IMG/VR virus record: IMGVR_UViG_3300043410_001242
Reading direction: 5' to 3' (one strand)
Origin: a virus
Length of the DNA stretch: 64,000 bases
Position 1 is the stretch's first letter. The number at the start of each line of letters is the position of its first letter. A model generated the notes under the pieces. It was not told where the DNA came from, ran no database searches, and was given only the letters and a program-made list of their open reading frames with translations. A program made the translations under genes and the position numbers. Positions 30,899 through 39,141 of this stretch are shown here, piece after piece.

Positions 30899-30962
30899 AT
30901 ACAATTCTGTGAGTTGTATTTTTTATTAATACTAGAATGTTTCTAGTTGTTGGAGTAATTAT

Positions 30963-32018
30963 ATGAAACCACATTTTGATGTTGATTTGTCTTTACGTCT
31001 TTGCCCACCCAATTATACTAAGGGTGTCAGATTCAAGAAAAGAATCGTTTTGAATAGAGGTCAAGATGGTGTTGTAACTTACAATCCTATCGATAATCCT
31101 AGAGTCATGTCTGTTGTACAGAATAAGATTCCTCCTTTGGTTGATTCATTTAAGGTCTTTGGTTACCGGATTGATTGCAGTCCTCCTACAATCAAGGTCG
31201 ACCCCAAAAACAAAAATAGATTTGTAGGACTAACTGGTTTCCATAGAGATGCGGCGGCCGCCCGTCTGGATTGGGAGACTATGGTCTATGATATTGTTGA
31301 GTTTGATTCGCCTTTAGATGAAAGGATTCATGTTGTTAGCAGCAATAACAATGTTTTGCCTGCTATTCCAAATACAATTTTGGATATCGTAAAACAAGTA
31401 AAGGAAGCTCTAGTTAACAAAGAAATTGAAAATGATGATGATGCAATTCGTTCTCTTATCGAGAGTTTGGCGTCCGATAAGACTAAGGACGCAAAATCAA
31501 AGATTTTTAAAAAGTTGAGAGATCATATATCATATTCCTCTACACTGAGGAGTTATCACACTGATGGTGGTGAAAATTCTACACAAGAATTTGCAGAGAA
31601 ATATAATCTCCCATTTGAAGGAGATAGGAGATATTTACAATCTGGAAAATTGGGGTATATTACAGGTATTAAAACACCAAAGACAACTCTTTTTGATGCG
31701 AAGAATTTGTCTAACACATATGGTAATATTCCAGTATACATATATGCATGGATCAAGGATAATCCTAAAGAAGCGCCTGCTATTTACAAACAGCGAAAGT
31801 ATTGGCTGGAAAGATTCAATCAGTTCGTTCGAGAAGACTGTGAAGCAATGAAGAACATTATGTCTGCTATGAATATTACGGTTGATGTTGATAAGTTGGT
31901 TGATAATCATCCTGTAAAATTTGGTGGTTTTTTGGCCCAAGATTTAACACCAGACATTTTTAATGGTGGGAATCCTAAAGAAGATGGTTTGGTTGATGTT
32001 AACGGAAATGCAATTTAA
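30963..32018 (+). CDS. ParB/Srx-like domain protein
   Basis: PPTIKVD...FVGLTGFHRDAAAARL resembles the ParB GxHR motif. Confidence 0.5.
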   Translation: MKPHFDVDLSLRLCPPNYTKGVRFKKRIVLNRGQDGVVTYNPIDNPRVMSVVQNKIPPLVDSFKVFGYRIDCSPPTIKVDPKNKNRFVGLTGFHRDAAAARLDWETMVYDIVEFDSPLDERIHVVSSNNNVLPAIPNTILDIVKQVKEALVNKEIENDDDAIRSLIESLASDKTKDAKSKIFKKLRDHISYSSTLRSYHTDGGENSTQEFAEKYNLPFEGDRRYLQSGKLGYITGIKTPKTTLFDAKNLSNTYGNIPVYIYAWIKDNPKEAPAIYKQRKYWLERFNQFVREDCEAMKNIMSAMNITVDVDKLVDNHPVKFGGFLAQDLTPDIFNGGNPKEDGLVDVNGNAI

Positions 32019-32032
32019 TTGATGGAGTTATT

Positions 32033-32851
32033 ATGGAAATTTCTATTAAGAAAGAAGATTTACAAAAGCACAAATTGTTTGTTGCTACACCAATGTATGG
32101 TGGAATGAATCATGGACTTTACATGAAGGCTTGTTTAGATTTACAAGCACTCTGTATGGCATATGGCATACAGGTAAAGTTTTCATTCCTTTTCAACGAA
32201 TCACTTATCACAAGGGCAAGAAATTATCTTGTTGATGAGTTTCTTCACCGTTCTGATTGTTCTCATCTGTTGTTCTTGGATTCAGACATTTCATTTGATC
32301 CTAATGACGTTATTGCTCTACTTGCACTAGACAAAGATGTTATTGGTGGCCCGTATCCTAAGAAGGCAATTAAGTGGAAAGCAGTTAAGACTGCAATCAA
32401 CAAGAATGCAACAATTGATGCTGGTACTCTAGAAAAGGTCGCTGGTGATTTTGTGTTTAATCCTGTAAAGGGCACCGCACAATTCACTGTTACTGAACCT
32501 TTACAGGTACTTGAAATTGGCACTGGTTTCATGTTGGTTAAACGCGAAGTCTTCACCAAGATGGAAGAAGCATATCCAATGATCCGATACAAACCTGACC
32601 ATGTTGGACAAGCACACTTCGATGGATCTCGTTACATTCACGCATTCTTTGATACTGTAATCGACACTAAGGATTCTATTACTGGTGGTGGTTCTGAACG
32701 ATATCTCTCAGAAGATTATATGTTCTGTCAGATGTGGCGCAAGATCGGTGGTGATATCTGGTTGTGTCCTTGGATGAGAACTTCTCATATTGGTACTTAT
32801 CACTTCCAGGGTGATATGCCTGCTGTTGCTAACTTTGTGGGTGAAATGTAA
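32033..32851 (+). CDS. Glycosyltransferase-like protein (GT-A fold), paralog of 4039-4680
   Basis: VATPMYGG, NESLITRARN, FLDSD, GTGFML, YLSEDYMFC, HIG. Confidence 0.6.
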   Translation: MEISIKKEDLQKHKLFVATPMYGGMNHGLYMKACLDLQALCMAYGIQVKFSFLFNESLITRARNYLVDEFLHRSDCSHLLFLDSDISFDPNDVIALLALDKDVIGGPYPKKAIKWKAVKTAINKNATIDAGTLEKVAGDFVFNPVKGTAQFTVTEPLQVLEIGTGFMLVKREVFTKMEEAYPMIRYKPDHVGQAHFDGSRYIHAFFDTVIDTKDSITGGGSERYLSEDYMFCQMWRKIGGDIWLCPWMRTSHIGTYHFQGDMPAVANFVGEM

Positions 32852-33174
32852 TGACAAACGTGCAAGATCAAATTACCGATTCTGTAACAGTGGGTAAAAA
32901 ATATGATCTTGGGAAGCCGATGTATAGTCTGCTTCCCACCAAAGCACTAAGAGCCACTGTAGATGTGTTGACCTTTGGTGCAAACAAATATGATATTGAT
33001 AACTGGAAATATGTGAATGATTCCAGACGCAGATATTTCGATGCGGCCCAGAGACACTTATGGGCTTGGAAAGAAGGAGAACAACTCGATCAGGAATCTG
33101 GTATGCACCATCTAGCACACGCAATGTGTTGTTTGATGTTCTTATATGAGAAAGACTTGGAAGGAAAGGATTGA
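32851..33174 (+). CDS. dATP/dGTP diphosphohydrolase domain protein (DUF5664-like)
   Basis: GKKYDLGKP..LLP...VLTFGANKY...NW...AAQRHL.AW..GE..D.ESGMHHLAHAMC. Confidence 0.85.
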   Translation: MTNVQDQITDSVTVGKKYDLGKPMYSLLPTKALRATVDVLTFGANKYDIDNWKYVNDSRRRYFDAAQRHLWAWKEGEQLDQESGMHHLAHAMCCLMFLYEKDLEGKD

Positions 33175-33199
33175 CAAGTTGATATTTTTTTGTTATAAT
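33171..33199 (+). promoter_or_regulatory. Sigma70-type promoter for the gp45 operon
   Basis: TTGACA-N17-TATAAT with TG extension. Confidence 0.8.
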
Positions 33200-33228
33200 G
33201 TAACTGTTTTTTATGATGAGGACTAATA

Positions 33229-33900
33229 ATGAAACTTTCTAATGAAACTTTGGCCGTGTTGAAGAATTTCTCAACCATCAATTCCGGTCTTGAGTTTAAA
33301 TCTGGTAATCAAATCGCAACAATGTCTCCAGGAAAGACCGTTCTTGCCAAGGCAGAACTCAATGATTCTTTCCCAGAAGATTTTTGTGTGTTTGATTTGA
33401 ATCAATTCTTGAGTGTTCATGCCACATTCCAGAACCCCAATCTTGACTTTGATGAGTTCAACATCATCTTTAATGAAAACAAGAGAAACACAAAATACAG
33501 GAAGACTGCTAAGGAGATGATTATTACACCTCCAGATAAGGCACTTACTCTTCCCACTGTAGATGCATCATTTAAGATTGAAGAATCAAATCTAATTTCA
33601 ATTCTAAAGACCGCCAACATTTTGCAATCACCGCACATTGCAATCGAATCTGATGGTGATAAGATTTGTCTGACATCCTTTAATGCAAAGGATGATTCGG
33701 CACACGTTAATACAATTGAACTTGCAGAAGGAAACGGTAATAAATTTACCGCTGTATTTCTGGCTGAGAACTGGAAAATGATTTCCGGAACTTACGATGT
33801 AGAAGTCTCATCTAGAGGCTTGGCATCATTTAATAACTGCAATCAAGGTATTCAGTATTGGATTGCACTTGAAGCAAAAGAATCTAAATTTGGAGAATAA
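33229..33900 (+). CDS. gp45: Sliding clamp gp45
   Basis: MKLSNETLAVLKNFSTIN, FDLNQFLS, YWIALE. Confidence 0.93.
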   Translation: MKLSNETLAVLKNFSTINSGLEFKSGNQIATMSPGKTVLAKAELNDSFPEDFCVFDLNQFLSVHATFQNPNLDFDEFNIIFNENKRNTKYRKTAKEMIITPPDKALTLPTVDASFKIEESNLISILKTANILQSPHIAIESDGDKICLTSFNAKDDSAHVNTIELAEGNGNKFTAVFLAENWKMISGTYDVEVSSRGLASFNNCNQGIQYWIALEAKESKFGE

Positions 33901-33903
33901 TAT

Positions 33904-34089
33904 ATGATCTGGTTGTCTGATGTTAAAAATAATCACAAGGTTGCTGTTAACCCAAGTAATGTCGTTGCTGTGTTTACAGCACCAGACGGAGAGTTTGAAG
34001 GCAAGACTGTTGTTAGTCTTGTGAGTGGAACTCTTGTGGTTAATGAGACTGATCTTGATGTTGTAAGTATGGTAGAAGGAGCTAAGTAA
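33904..34089 (+). CDS. Small hypothetical protein
   Basis: 61-aa ORF with GGAG SD. Confidence 0.6.
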   Translation: MIWLSDVKNNHKVAVNPSNVVAVFTAPDGEFEGKTVVSLVSGTLVVNETDLDVVSMVEGAK

Positions 34090-34364
34090 TGAGTATCACT
34101 GTTCAAACTCTATATGGTACCTTTGATGAAAAACAGTTGAGGGAACTTAAGAGTGCGATTAATGAAATTGATGTTGAGATGACCAAAATTGATGGTCTTA
34201 ATGAATATATTGCAGATATTTGTGAAGTGACTCACCAGAATATTGGTATTCCTAAGAAGATTGTCAAGAAACTTGCTATCTCTAAACATAAACAAAACCT
34301 TGCACAGGTCGTTGCAGAAAGTAACGAACTTGAATCACTATACGAAGCAATCGGTAAAGTTTAA
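34089..34364 (+). CDS. Hypothetical protein (possibly DsbA-like dsDNA-binding protein)
   Basis: 91-aa helical ORF, IPKKIVKKLA..HKQ..ESLYEAI. Confidence 0.45.
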   Translation: MSITVQTLYGTFDEKQLRELKSAINEIDVEMTKIDGLNEYIADICEVTHQNIGIPKKIVKKLAISKHKQNLAQVVAESNELESLYEAIGKV

Positions 34365-34372
34365 AATCTGTT

Positions 34373-34393
34373 GCCCCTTCGGGGGCATCTTTT
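34373..34393 (+). terminator. Intrinsic terminator
   Basis: GCCCC-TTCG-GGGGC followed by ATCTTTT. Confidence 0.7.
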
Positions 34394-34408
34394 ATTATGG
34401 AGTATATT

Positions 34409-35338
34409 ATGGATCATATGTTGTGGGTTGAAAAGTATCGTCCTTCGAAGATTGCAGACTGTGTTCTTCCTGATAATATCAAGAAGATGTTTCAAGATTT
34501 TGCTGATCGCAAGGAAGTGCCAAATCTGCTTTTGTCTGGTGGTGCTGGTGTAGGAAAGACCACAATCGCCAAGGCACTTTGTAATGAAGTTGGTTGTGAT
34601 TACATGATGATCAACGGATCCGCAGATAATGGTATTGATTATATGCGGGTTCAGGTTAGAAATTATGCATCTTCTATGAGTCTGGCTGGAGGTCGAAAGG
34701 TCATCATCATTGACGAAGCAGATAATCTTTCACATGAGGCACAAAAGGCCTTGCGTGGTATTATCGAAGATGTGTCTATTAACTGTGCTTTCATTTTCAC
34801 ATGTAACTTTAAAAACAAGTTGCTGGATGCATTGCATTCTCGTTGCACCGTTATTGATTTTAAACTGAACGGAAGCAAACAAAAAGTTGCAGCCCAATTT
34901 TTCAAGAGGGTCGAGTATATTCTCGCTCAAGAGAATATTGAGTACAACAAAGAAGTTGTTGCGAATATCATCACCAAATATTTCCCAGACAATCGTAGAG
35001 TTCTAAATGAACTACAGAGATATTCTGTTTCTGGAACAATTGATGTTGGTGTTCTGAATTCGACATCTGATGTTGGTGTAGGTGAATTGGTCAAGAGCAT
35101 CAAACAACGTGATTTAGGATCCGCAAGAAAATGGGTCATTAATAACATTGATAACGATGTTGCATCAATGCTTCGCAAACTATATGATAGTTTGTACGAA
35201 TCACTCAAACCATCCTCTGTTCCTCAGATGATTATTTCAATTGGTACTTGGCAATATCGTAGTGCATTTATGGCCGATAATGAAATCGTTATGATGTGCT
35301 GTATTACTGAAATCATGTCTGATGCGGAGTTTAAGTAA
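34409..35338 (+). CDS. gp44: Clamp loader ATPase gp44
   Basis: LWVEKYRP, GGAGVGKTT, IIDEAD, LHSRC. Confidence 0.95.
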   Translation: MDHMLWVEKYRPSKIADCVLPDNIKKMFQDFADRKEVPNLLLSGGAGVGKTTIAKALCNEVGCDYMMINGSADNGIDYMRVQVRNYASSMSLAGGRKVIIIDEADNLSHEAQKALRGIIEDVSINCAFIFTCNFKNKLLDALHSRCTVIDFKLNGSKQKVAAQFFKRVEYILAQENIEYNKEVVANIITKYFPDNRRVLNELQRYSVSGTIDVGVLNSTSDVGVGELVKSIKQRDLGSARKWVINNIDNDVASMLRKLYDSLYESLKPSSVPQMIISIGTWQYRSAFMADNEIVMMCCITEIMSDAEFK

Positions 35339-35724
35339 TGCCTGATTTATTCAGAGAAATTATACCATCAATCTTACAGAACAAAAAGAATGTATTTGAA
35401 AATGGTATTTACTCAGATTACAATCCTTTTATTGTAAACCGGGCTTTATCCTATCATCTCGATTGTCTTCCATATGTTGCTGAATTGTCAATGTTATCAC
35501 ACCTTGATAAAGATATGCAATATCAGTACCTTATAAATACAATAAGGTCTTATAAACGCCCATTCCATAAATGGCAAAAAGTAGAGACTGTGGAAGATTT
35601 AGAATGTGTTAAAACCTATTTTGGTTACTCCAATCAAAAAGCAAAGGAAGCATTACGCATTCTCAACAATGAACAAATCGCTGAGATAAGAAAAAAAACG
35701 GACAAAGGCGGAGTGAAGAAGTAA
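35338..35724 (+). CDS. gp62: Clamp loader subunit gp62
   Basis: YNPFIVNRALS, YFGYSNQKAKEAL. Confidence 0.9.
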   Translation: MPDLFREIIPSILQNKKNVFENGIYSDYNPFIVNRALSYHLDCLPYVAELSMLSHLDKDMQYQYLINTIRSYKRPFHKWQKVETVEDLECVKTYFGYSNQKAKEALRILNNEQIAEIRKKTDKGGVKK

Positions 35725-36128
35725 TGATTAACATTTCAAATTTAGTTGAAGTACGATTAATTGAGGAGGATGATTTTCTAAAAGTCAGAGAAACACTGAC
35801 TCGTATTGGTGTGGCCTCAAAAAAAGACAAGATACTGTATCAGTCTTGTCATATATTGCACAAGCAAGGACACTACTATATCGTACATTTTAAAGAATTA
35901 TTTTCGTTAGATGGTAAACCTACTGACATTTCTGAAAATGATTTGGCTCGTAGAAATGCAATTGCTAAATTATTGGAAGATTGGGGTCTTGTTGAAATTG
36001 TAAATAAGAAACAGATTGAGACTCCAGAACCTATTTTCTTGTCGCAGATCAAGATCATATCACACAAAGAAAAAGGTGAATGGGAATTAGTTCCGAAATA
36101 CAACATCGGAAAGAAAAAAGTCGTATAA
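35724..36128 (+). CDS. regA: Translational repressor RegA
   Basis: DDFLKVRETLTRIGVAS, LYQSCHILHKQG.YYIVHFKELF.LDG. Confidence 0.96.
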   Translation: MINISNLVEVRLIEEDDFLKVRETLTRIGVASKKDKILYQSCHILHKQGHYYIVHFKELFSLDGKPTDISENDLARRNAIAKLLEDWGLVEIVNKKQIETPEPIFLSQIKIISHKEKGEWELVPKYNIGKKKVV

Positions 36129-36276
36129 ATAATTATATCCCTCGGGATGGGACGCAAAGATCCACCTTAGGATCGTCTTGCCGTAGGAGCGTATGCCTAC
36201 TCCGGATCGGTAACCGGAACTATCACGCCTTCGGGGTGATACTTTAACATTAACTCGCTTTAATAGGAGAACTAAA
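36124..36276 (+). promoter_or_regulatory. Late promoter plus highly structured 5' UTR with ROSE-like RNA thermometer upstream of hsp20
   Basis: TATAAATA at 36124, five GC-rich hairpins, then CUCGCU (36254-36259) able to pair with AGGAG SD (36265-36269). Confidence 0.6.
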
Positions 36277-36726
36277 ATGACACATGCATATGGCAGAAAT
36301 CTGCTTCCTCTATCTGTTGGTTTTGACCATCTTCTCTCTACTCTTCAAGAATTCGAAGATATTGCCAAGCCATCAACATATCCTCCATACAATATTGTAA
36401 AGTTTGATGAAGATAATTATCAGATTCAAATTGCAGTTGCAGGATTTGGTCCTGATGAACTTGAAATTGAAGTGAAGGAAAACAAACTCACAGTAAATGG
36501 TGAAATTAAATCTGCATACACTTCAGATGTACAATTTCTACACCACGGTCTTGCATCCAGAGACTTCTCACACACGTTTAGATTGTCTGACACTGTTGTT
36601 GTAAAGACAGCTGATATTGTTAATGGTGTATTGAAGATTGATCTAGAGAATGTACTACCAGAAGAGAAGAAACCTCGCAAAATTCCTATTGGAAATGAAC
36701 CTCTCTTGACTTCTGACAAGAAGTAA
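36277..36726 (+). CDS. Small heat-shock protein Hsp20 (IbpA-like)
   Basis: YPPYNI, IAVAGF, HHGLASRDF, NGVLKIDL, PEEKKPRKIPI. Confidence 0.93.
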   Translation: MTHAYGRNLLPLSVGFDHLLSTLQEFEDIAKPSTYPPYNIVKFDEDNYQIQIAVAGFGPDELEIEVKENKLTVNGEIKSAYTSDVQFLHHGLASRDFSHTFRLSDTVVVKTADIVNGVLKIDLENVLPEEKKPRKIPIGNEPLLTSDKK

Positions 36727-36735
36727 TATATAATA

Positions 36736-36760
36736 GGGGGAAGAAATTCCCCCTTTTTTT
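36736..36760 (+). terminator. Intrinsic terminator
   Basis: GGGGGAA-GAAA-TTCCCCC followed by T7. Confidence 0.8.
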
Positions 36761-36763
36761 ATT

Positions 36764-36967
36764 TTGAGATTTGGAATGAAGAACAAGATCAAACCAGTTC
36801 TAAGAAAAGTTAGACCTCTTGGAAATTTAGAAGATATATATTACACATATTCAAATTGGGACACCAAATTGATTGATGGTGTTGAGTACATCTATGTGGT
36901 TAAGAATATGGGTACAAGAGATACACCTAAATTAATGCGTAAAGACAACTTAGAAACGGTAAAATAA
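36764..36967 (+). CDS. Small hypothetical protein
   Basis: ORF track; true start is probably ATG 36776. Confidence 0.55.
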   Translation: MRFGMKNKIKPVLRKVRPLGNLEDIYYTYSNWDTKLIDGVEYIYVVKNMGTRDTPKLMRKDNLETVK

Positions 36968-37128
36968 TGGCACTGAAACAATCAAATAAGAATCGCAAAA
37001 AGAATACTTCTAAACAGACACAAGAAGAAATTAATCCAATAAAATCCTGGTGGTGGTTTCCCAACAAACCTAAACTGTATATTGTTGGAACAGGAGTGTT
37101 AATTTTTGTTTTGTTATTTTTGATATAA
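36967..37128 (+). CDS. Small protein with C-terminal transmembrane helix (53 aa, not in track)
   Basis: MALKQSNKNRKK...WWWFPNKPKLYIVGTGVLIFVLLFLI; TAATG translational coupling. Confidence 0.55.
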   Translation: MALKQSNKNRKKNTSKQTQEEINPIKSWWWFPNKPKLYIVGTGVLIFVLLFLI

Positions 37129-37142
37129 CACAAGGGTATATT

Positions 37143-37508
37143 ATGAGACTTACTGGTCATGTTGAGAAATCTTGGGGCAATGAACTTATCTGGGCAACAA
37201 ATGATAAGTATTGTGGAAAACTACTAAATTTTAAGACAAACACTGAATTCTCCATGCACTTTCATTCTGAGAAAGATGAAAGTTGGTACGTCCTCAGTGG
37301 AAAATTTATTGTAAAATTTCTTGATACCAATACAGCCACGTTAAAACAACGCGAATTGTTACCAGGAGACACCTGGAGAAACGAACCGTTGTTACCACAT
37401 AAGTTGATATGCCTTGAAGAAGGAACGATCATTGAGGTGTCTACCGCAGACAGTGTGGAAGACAACTATAGAATTGCTCCTGGTGATTCACAAAGGAATC
37501 AAAAATGA
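37143..37508 (+). CDS. Cupin-fold sugar isomerase-like protein
   Basis: VEKSWG.E, SMHFH..KDESWYVLSG, PHKL, EVST. Confidence 0.75.
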   Translation: MRLTGHVEKSWGNELIWATNDKYCGKLLNFKTNTEFSMHFHSEKDESWYVLSGKFIVKFLDTNTATLKQRELLPGDTWRNEPLLPHKLICLEEGTIIEVSTADSVEDNYRIAPGDSQRNQK

Positions 37509-37930
37509 AACAGAAATTTCTGGATGCATACATGGATGTTGCCCATCGTTTTGCACAGTTATCTACCGCAAATCGATTACAGGTTGGAGCAATCATTGTG
37601 AAAGATGATAGAATTATTTCTATCGGATACAATGGTATGCCTGCCGGCTGGACAAATGTTTGTGAACACTTTGTTGACAATGGACAACAGTCCGGATTTG
37701 TAACTAAACCTGAAGTCATTCATGCGGAAGCAAATGCAATCGCAAAGCTTGCCAAGTCACCAGAAAGTGGTGTAGGATCCACAATGTTTCTTACACATGC
37801 ACCTTGTATAGATTGTGCAAAACAAATCTACACTGCTGGCATAGAGAAGGTCTTTTATAAAGAAGATTATAGAAGTTGCCAAGGTCGAGATTTTCTGTTA
37901 CAATGTGGAATTGAGGTTGTAAAAGTATGA
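37505..37930 (+). CDS. cd: dCMP deaminase
   Basis: GYNG, HAEANAI, PCIDCAK. Confidence 0.92.
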   Translation: MKQKFLDAYMDVAHRFAQLSTANRLQVGAIIVKDDRIISIGYNGMPAGWTNVCEHFVDNGQQSGFVTKPEVIHAEANAIAKLAKSPESGVGSTMFLTHAPCIDCAKQIYTAGIEKVFYKEDYRSCQGRDFLLQCGIEVVKV

Positions 37931-38058
37931 CTCAATGGCATGGTGGAAAAGGTTCCAGACCAAGAAATGTGGACAAAAAGAAGTTCGATGACAACTGGGA
38001 TCGAATTTTTGGTAAAAAAGATGAAAAAAAAGTGTTGCCAGATGAAAAAAAAAACTGA
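37927..38058 (+). CDS. Small basic protein (43 aa, not in track)
   Basis: MTQWHGGKGSRPRNVDKKKFDDNWDRIFGKK...; ATGA overlap with the cd stop. Confidence 0.6.
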   Translation: MTQWHGGKGSRPRNVDKKKFDDNWDRIFGKKDEKKVLPDEKKN

Positions 38059-38064
38059 TACAAT
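38035..38064 (+). promoter_or_regulatory. Sigma70-type promoter for the tRNA leader
   Basis: TTGCCA-N18-TACAAT with TG extension. Confidence 0.6.
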
Positions 38065-38086
38065 ACCTAAAAATTGAAAAAACTTG

Positions 38087-38094
38087 TATAAATA
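38087..38094 (+). promoter_or_regulatory. T4-type late promoter TATAAATA, 5 nt upstream of the leader ATG
   Basis: Exact consensus; would give an essentially leaderless mRNA. Confidence 0.65.
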
Positions 38095-38099
38095 AAAAC

Positions 38100-38228
38100 A
38101 TGACTACTAAAAATTTATTTAAACTCTTAACCATATCGATGCCCGTGTCAAGCACATGGACTCCAGGTTATCGCCTGAATTCCATTCAATGCGCGGAACA
38201 TGATAGAATCGGGGTTTGTGACAGTTAA
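38100..38228 (+). CDS. Putative attenuator leader peptide of the tRNA array (42 aa, all 20 amino acids)
   Basis: MTTKNLFKLLTISMPVSSTWTPGYRLNSIQCAEHDRIGVCDS*; codons 7-42 are 36 different codons. Confidence 0.75.
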   Translation: MTTKNLFKLLTISMPVSSTWTPGYRLNSIQCAEHDRIGVCDS

Positions 38229-38264
38229 AAAGTAGAATTACCAAATAACAATCACAAAACCCGA
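38209..38264 (+). promoter_or_regulatory. Anti-terminator hairpin of the putative attenuator
   Basis: TCGGGGTTTGTGA (38209-38221) pairs 12/13 with TCACAAAACCCGA (38252-38264), which overlaps the terminator 5' arm. Confidence 0.7.
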
Positions 38265-38287
38265 ACCCTAAAAAGTTCGGGTTTTTT
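38256..38287 (+). terminator. Intrinsic terminator (attenuator) before the first tRNA
   Basis: AAAACCCGAAC-CCTAAAAA-GTTCGGGTTTT-TT. Confidence 0.85.
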
Positions 38288-38326
38288 GTTATTAAGCTCT
38301 TTAAAAATATAGAACGTTTGTATAGT

Positions 38327-38401
38327 GGTGACTGTGGTGTAATGGTAGCACCTCTCTCTGTGAAAGAGAAAGCACGGGATCGATACCCGTCAGTCACCCC
38401 A
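38327..38401 (+). tRNA. tRNA-His(GUG)
   Basis: Cloverleaf, G-1, loop CT-GTG-AA, encoded CCA. Confidence 0.9.
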
Positions 38402-38402
38402 A

Positions 38403-38478
38403 GCCGGTTAAGCTAATCTGGTGAAAGCGCTTGTCTGAAGAACAAGAGAGCGTGGATCAAAACCACGAACCGGCACCA
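38403..38478 (+). tRNA. tRNA-Phe(GAA)
   Basis: CTTGT-CTGAAGA-ACAAG, CCA. Confidence 0.88.
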
Positions 38479-38483
38479 ATTTT

Positions 38484-38557
38484 GGGTCTTTGGTGAAATG
38501 GAATCACACCCTCCTTACAAGTGGGAGTCAGCGGATCGATACCGTTAAGACCTACCA
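38484..38557 (+). tRNA. tRNA-Val(UAC)
   Basis: Loop CT-TAC-AA, CCA. Confidence 0.85.
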
Positions 38558-38565
38558 AACAAAAT

Positions 38566-38642
38566 GCCCTTGTAGTGAAATGGAATTATCACGCATCGCT
38601 ACGGACGATGTATTGTGGGTTTGAATCCTGCCGAGGGTGCCA
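38566..38642 (+). tRNA. tRNA-Arg(ACG)
   Basis: CATCG-CTACGGA-CGATG, CCA. Confidence 0.88.
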
Positions 38643-38648
38643 ATTTAT

Positions 38649-38737
38649 GGAGGGTTATGTAACCTGGGATGTTACGTCTGGTTTGAACCCAGAGCGAGCC
38701 GAAAGGCCAGGAGTTCGATTCTGCCATCCCTCCGCCA
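38649..38737 (+). tRNA. tRNA-Ser(UGA)
   Basis: TCTGG-TTTGAAC-CCAGA, long variable arm, GCCA. Confidence 0.85.
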
Positions 38738-38862
38738 ATTATAGGAGAAAAGAAATGGGGAGTACGAGTATTTAAATTATCAATATGTTGTTGATGATTA
38801 TACATTATACACATATACGGATTTTATGAGTGACTTCATCATATTTTTTTCTTTTAGTTTTT

Positions 38863-38949
38863 AGAAGATGATATCAGATGGTTCTGATACTTGCTTGGAA
38901 AGCAATGTGGTCCGAAAGGGCTGGGGCTCGATTCCTCCGTCTTCTGCCA
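38863..38949 (+). tRNA. tRNA-Ser(GGA)
   Basis: TTGC-TTGGAAA-GCAA, long variable arm, GCCA. Confidence 0.8.
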
Positions 38950-38958
38950 ATTCAAAAC

Positions 38959-39046
38959 GGAAGATTAATCAGTTGGGAACTGGAACGGTTTGCTAAACCA
39001 GTTGAACCTGCAAGGGTTTGGGGATCGAGACCTCAGTCTTCCGCCA
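38959..39046 (+). tRNA. tRNA-Ser(GCU)
   Basis: Loop TT-GCT-AA, long variable arm, GCCA. Confidence 0.85.
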
Positions 39047-39052
39047 ATTTAT

Positions 39053-39129
39053 GGTAGTGTGTCCGAATGGGAAGGAAGCTGATTGCAAATCAGTTATGTT
39101 TGCGGGTTCGAATCCTGTCACTACCTCCA
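39053..39129 (+). tRNA. tRNA-Cys(GCA)
   Basis: GCTGA-TTGCAAA-TCAGT, U73, CCA. Confidence 0.9.
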
Positions 39130-39141
39130 AACAAAAAGTGC

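Noticed and set aside
38741-38862. AGGAG followed by ATG GGG AGT ACG AGT ATT TAA and an AT-rich spacer
   Set aside because: Only six codons. No convincing structure or longer ORF with a start; possibly a decayed gene.
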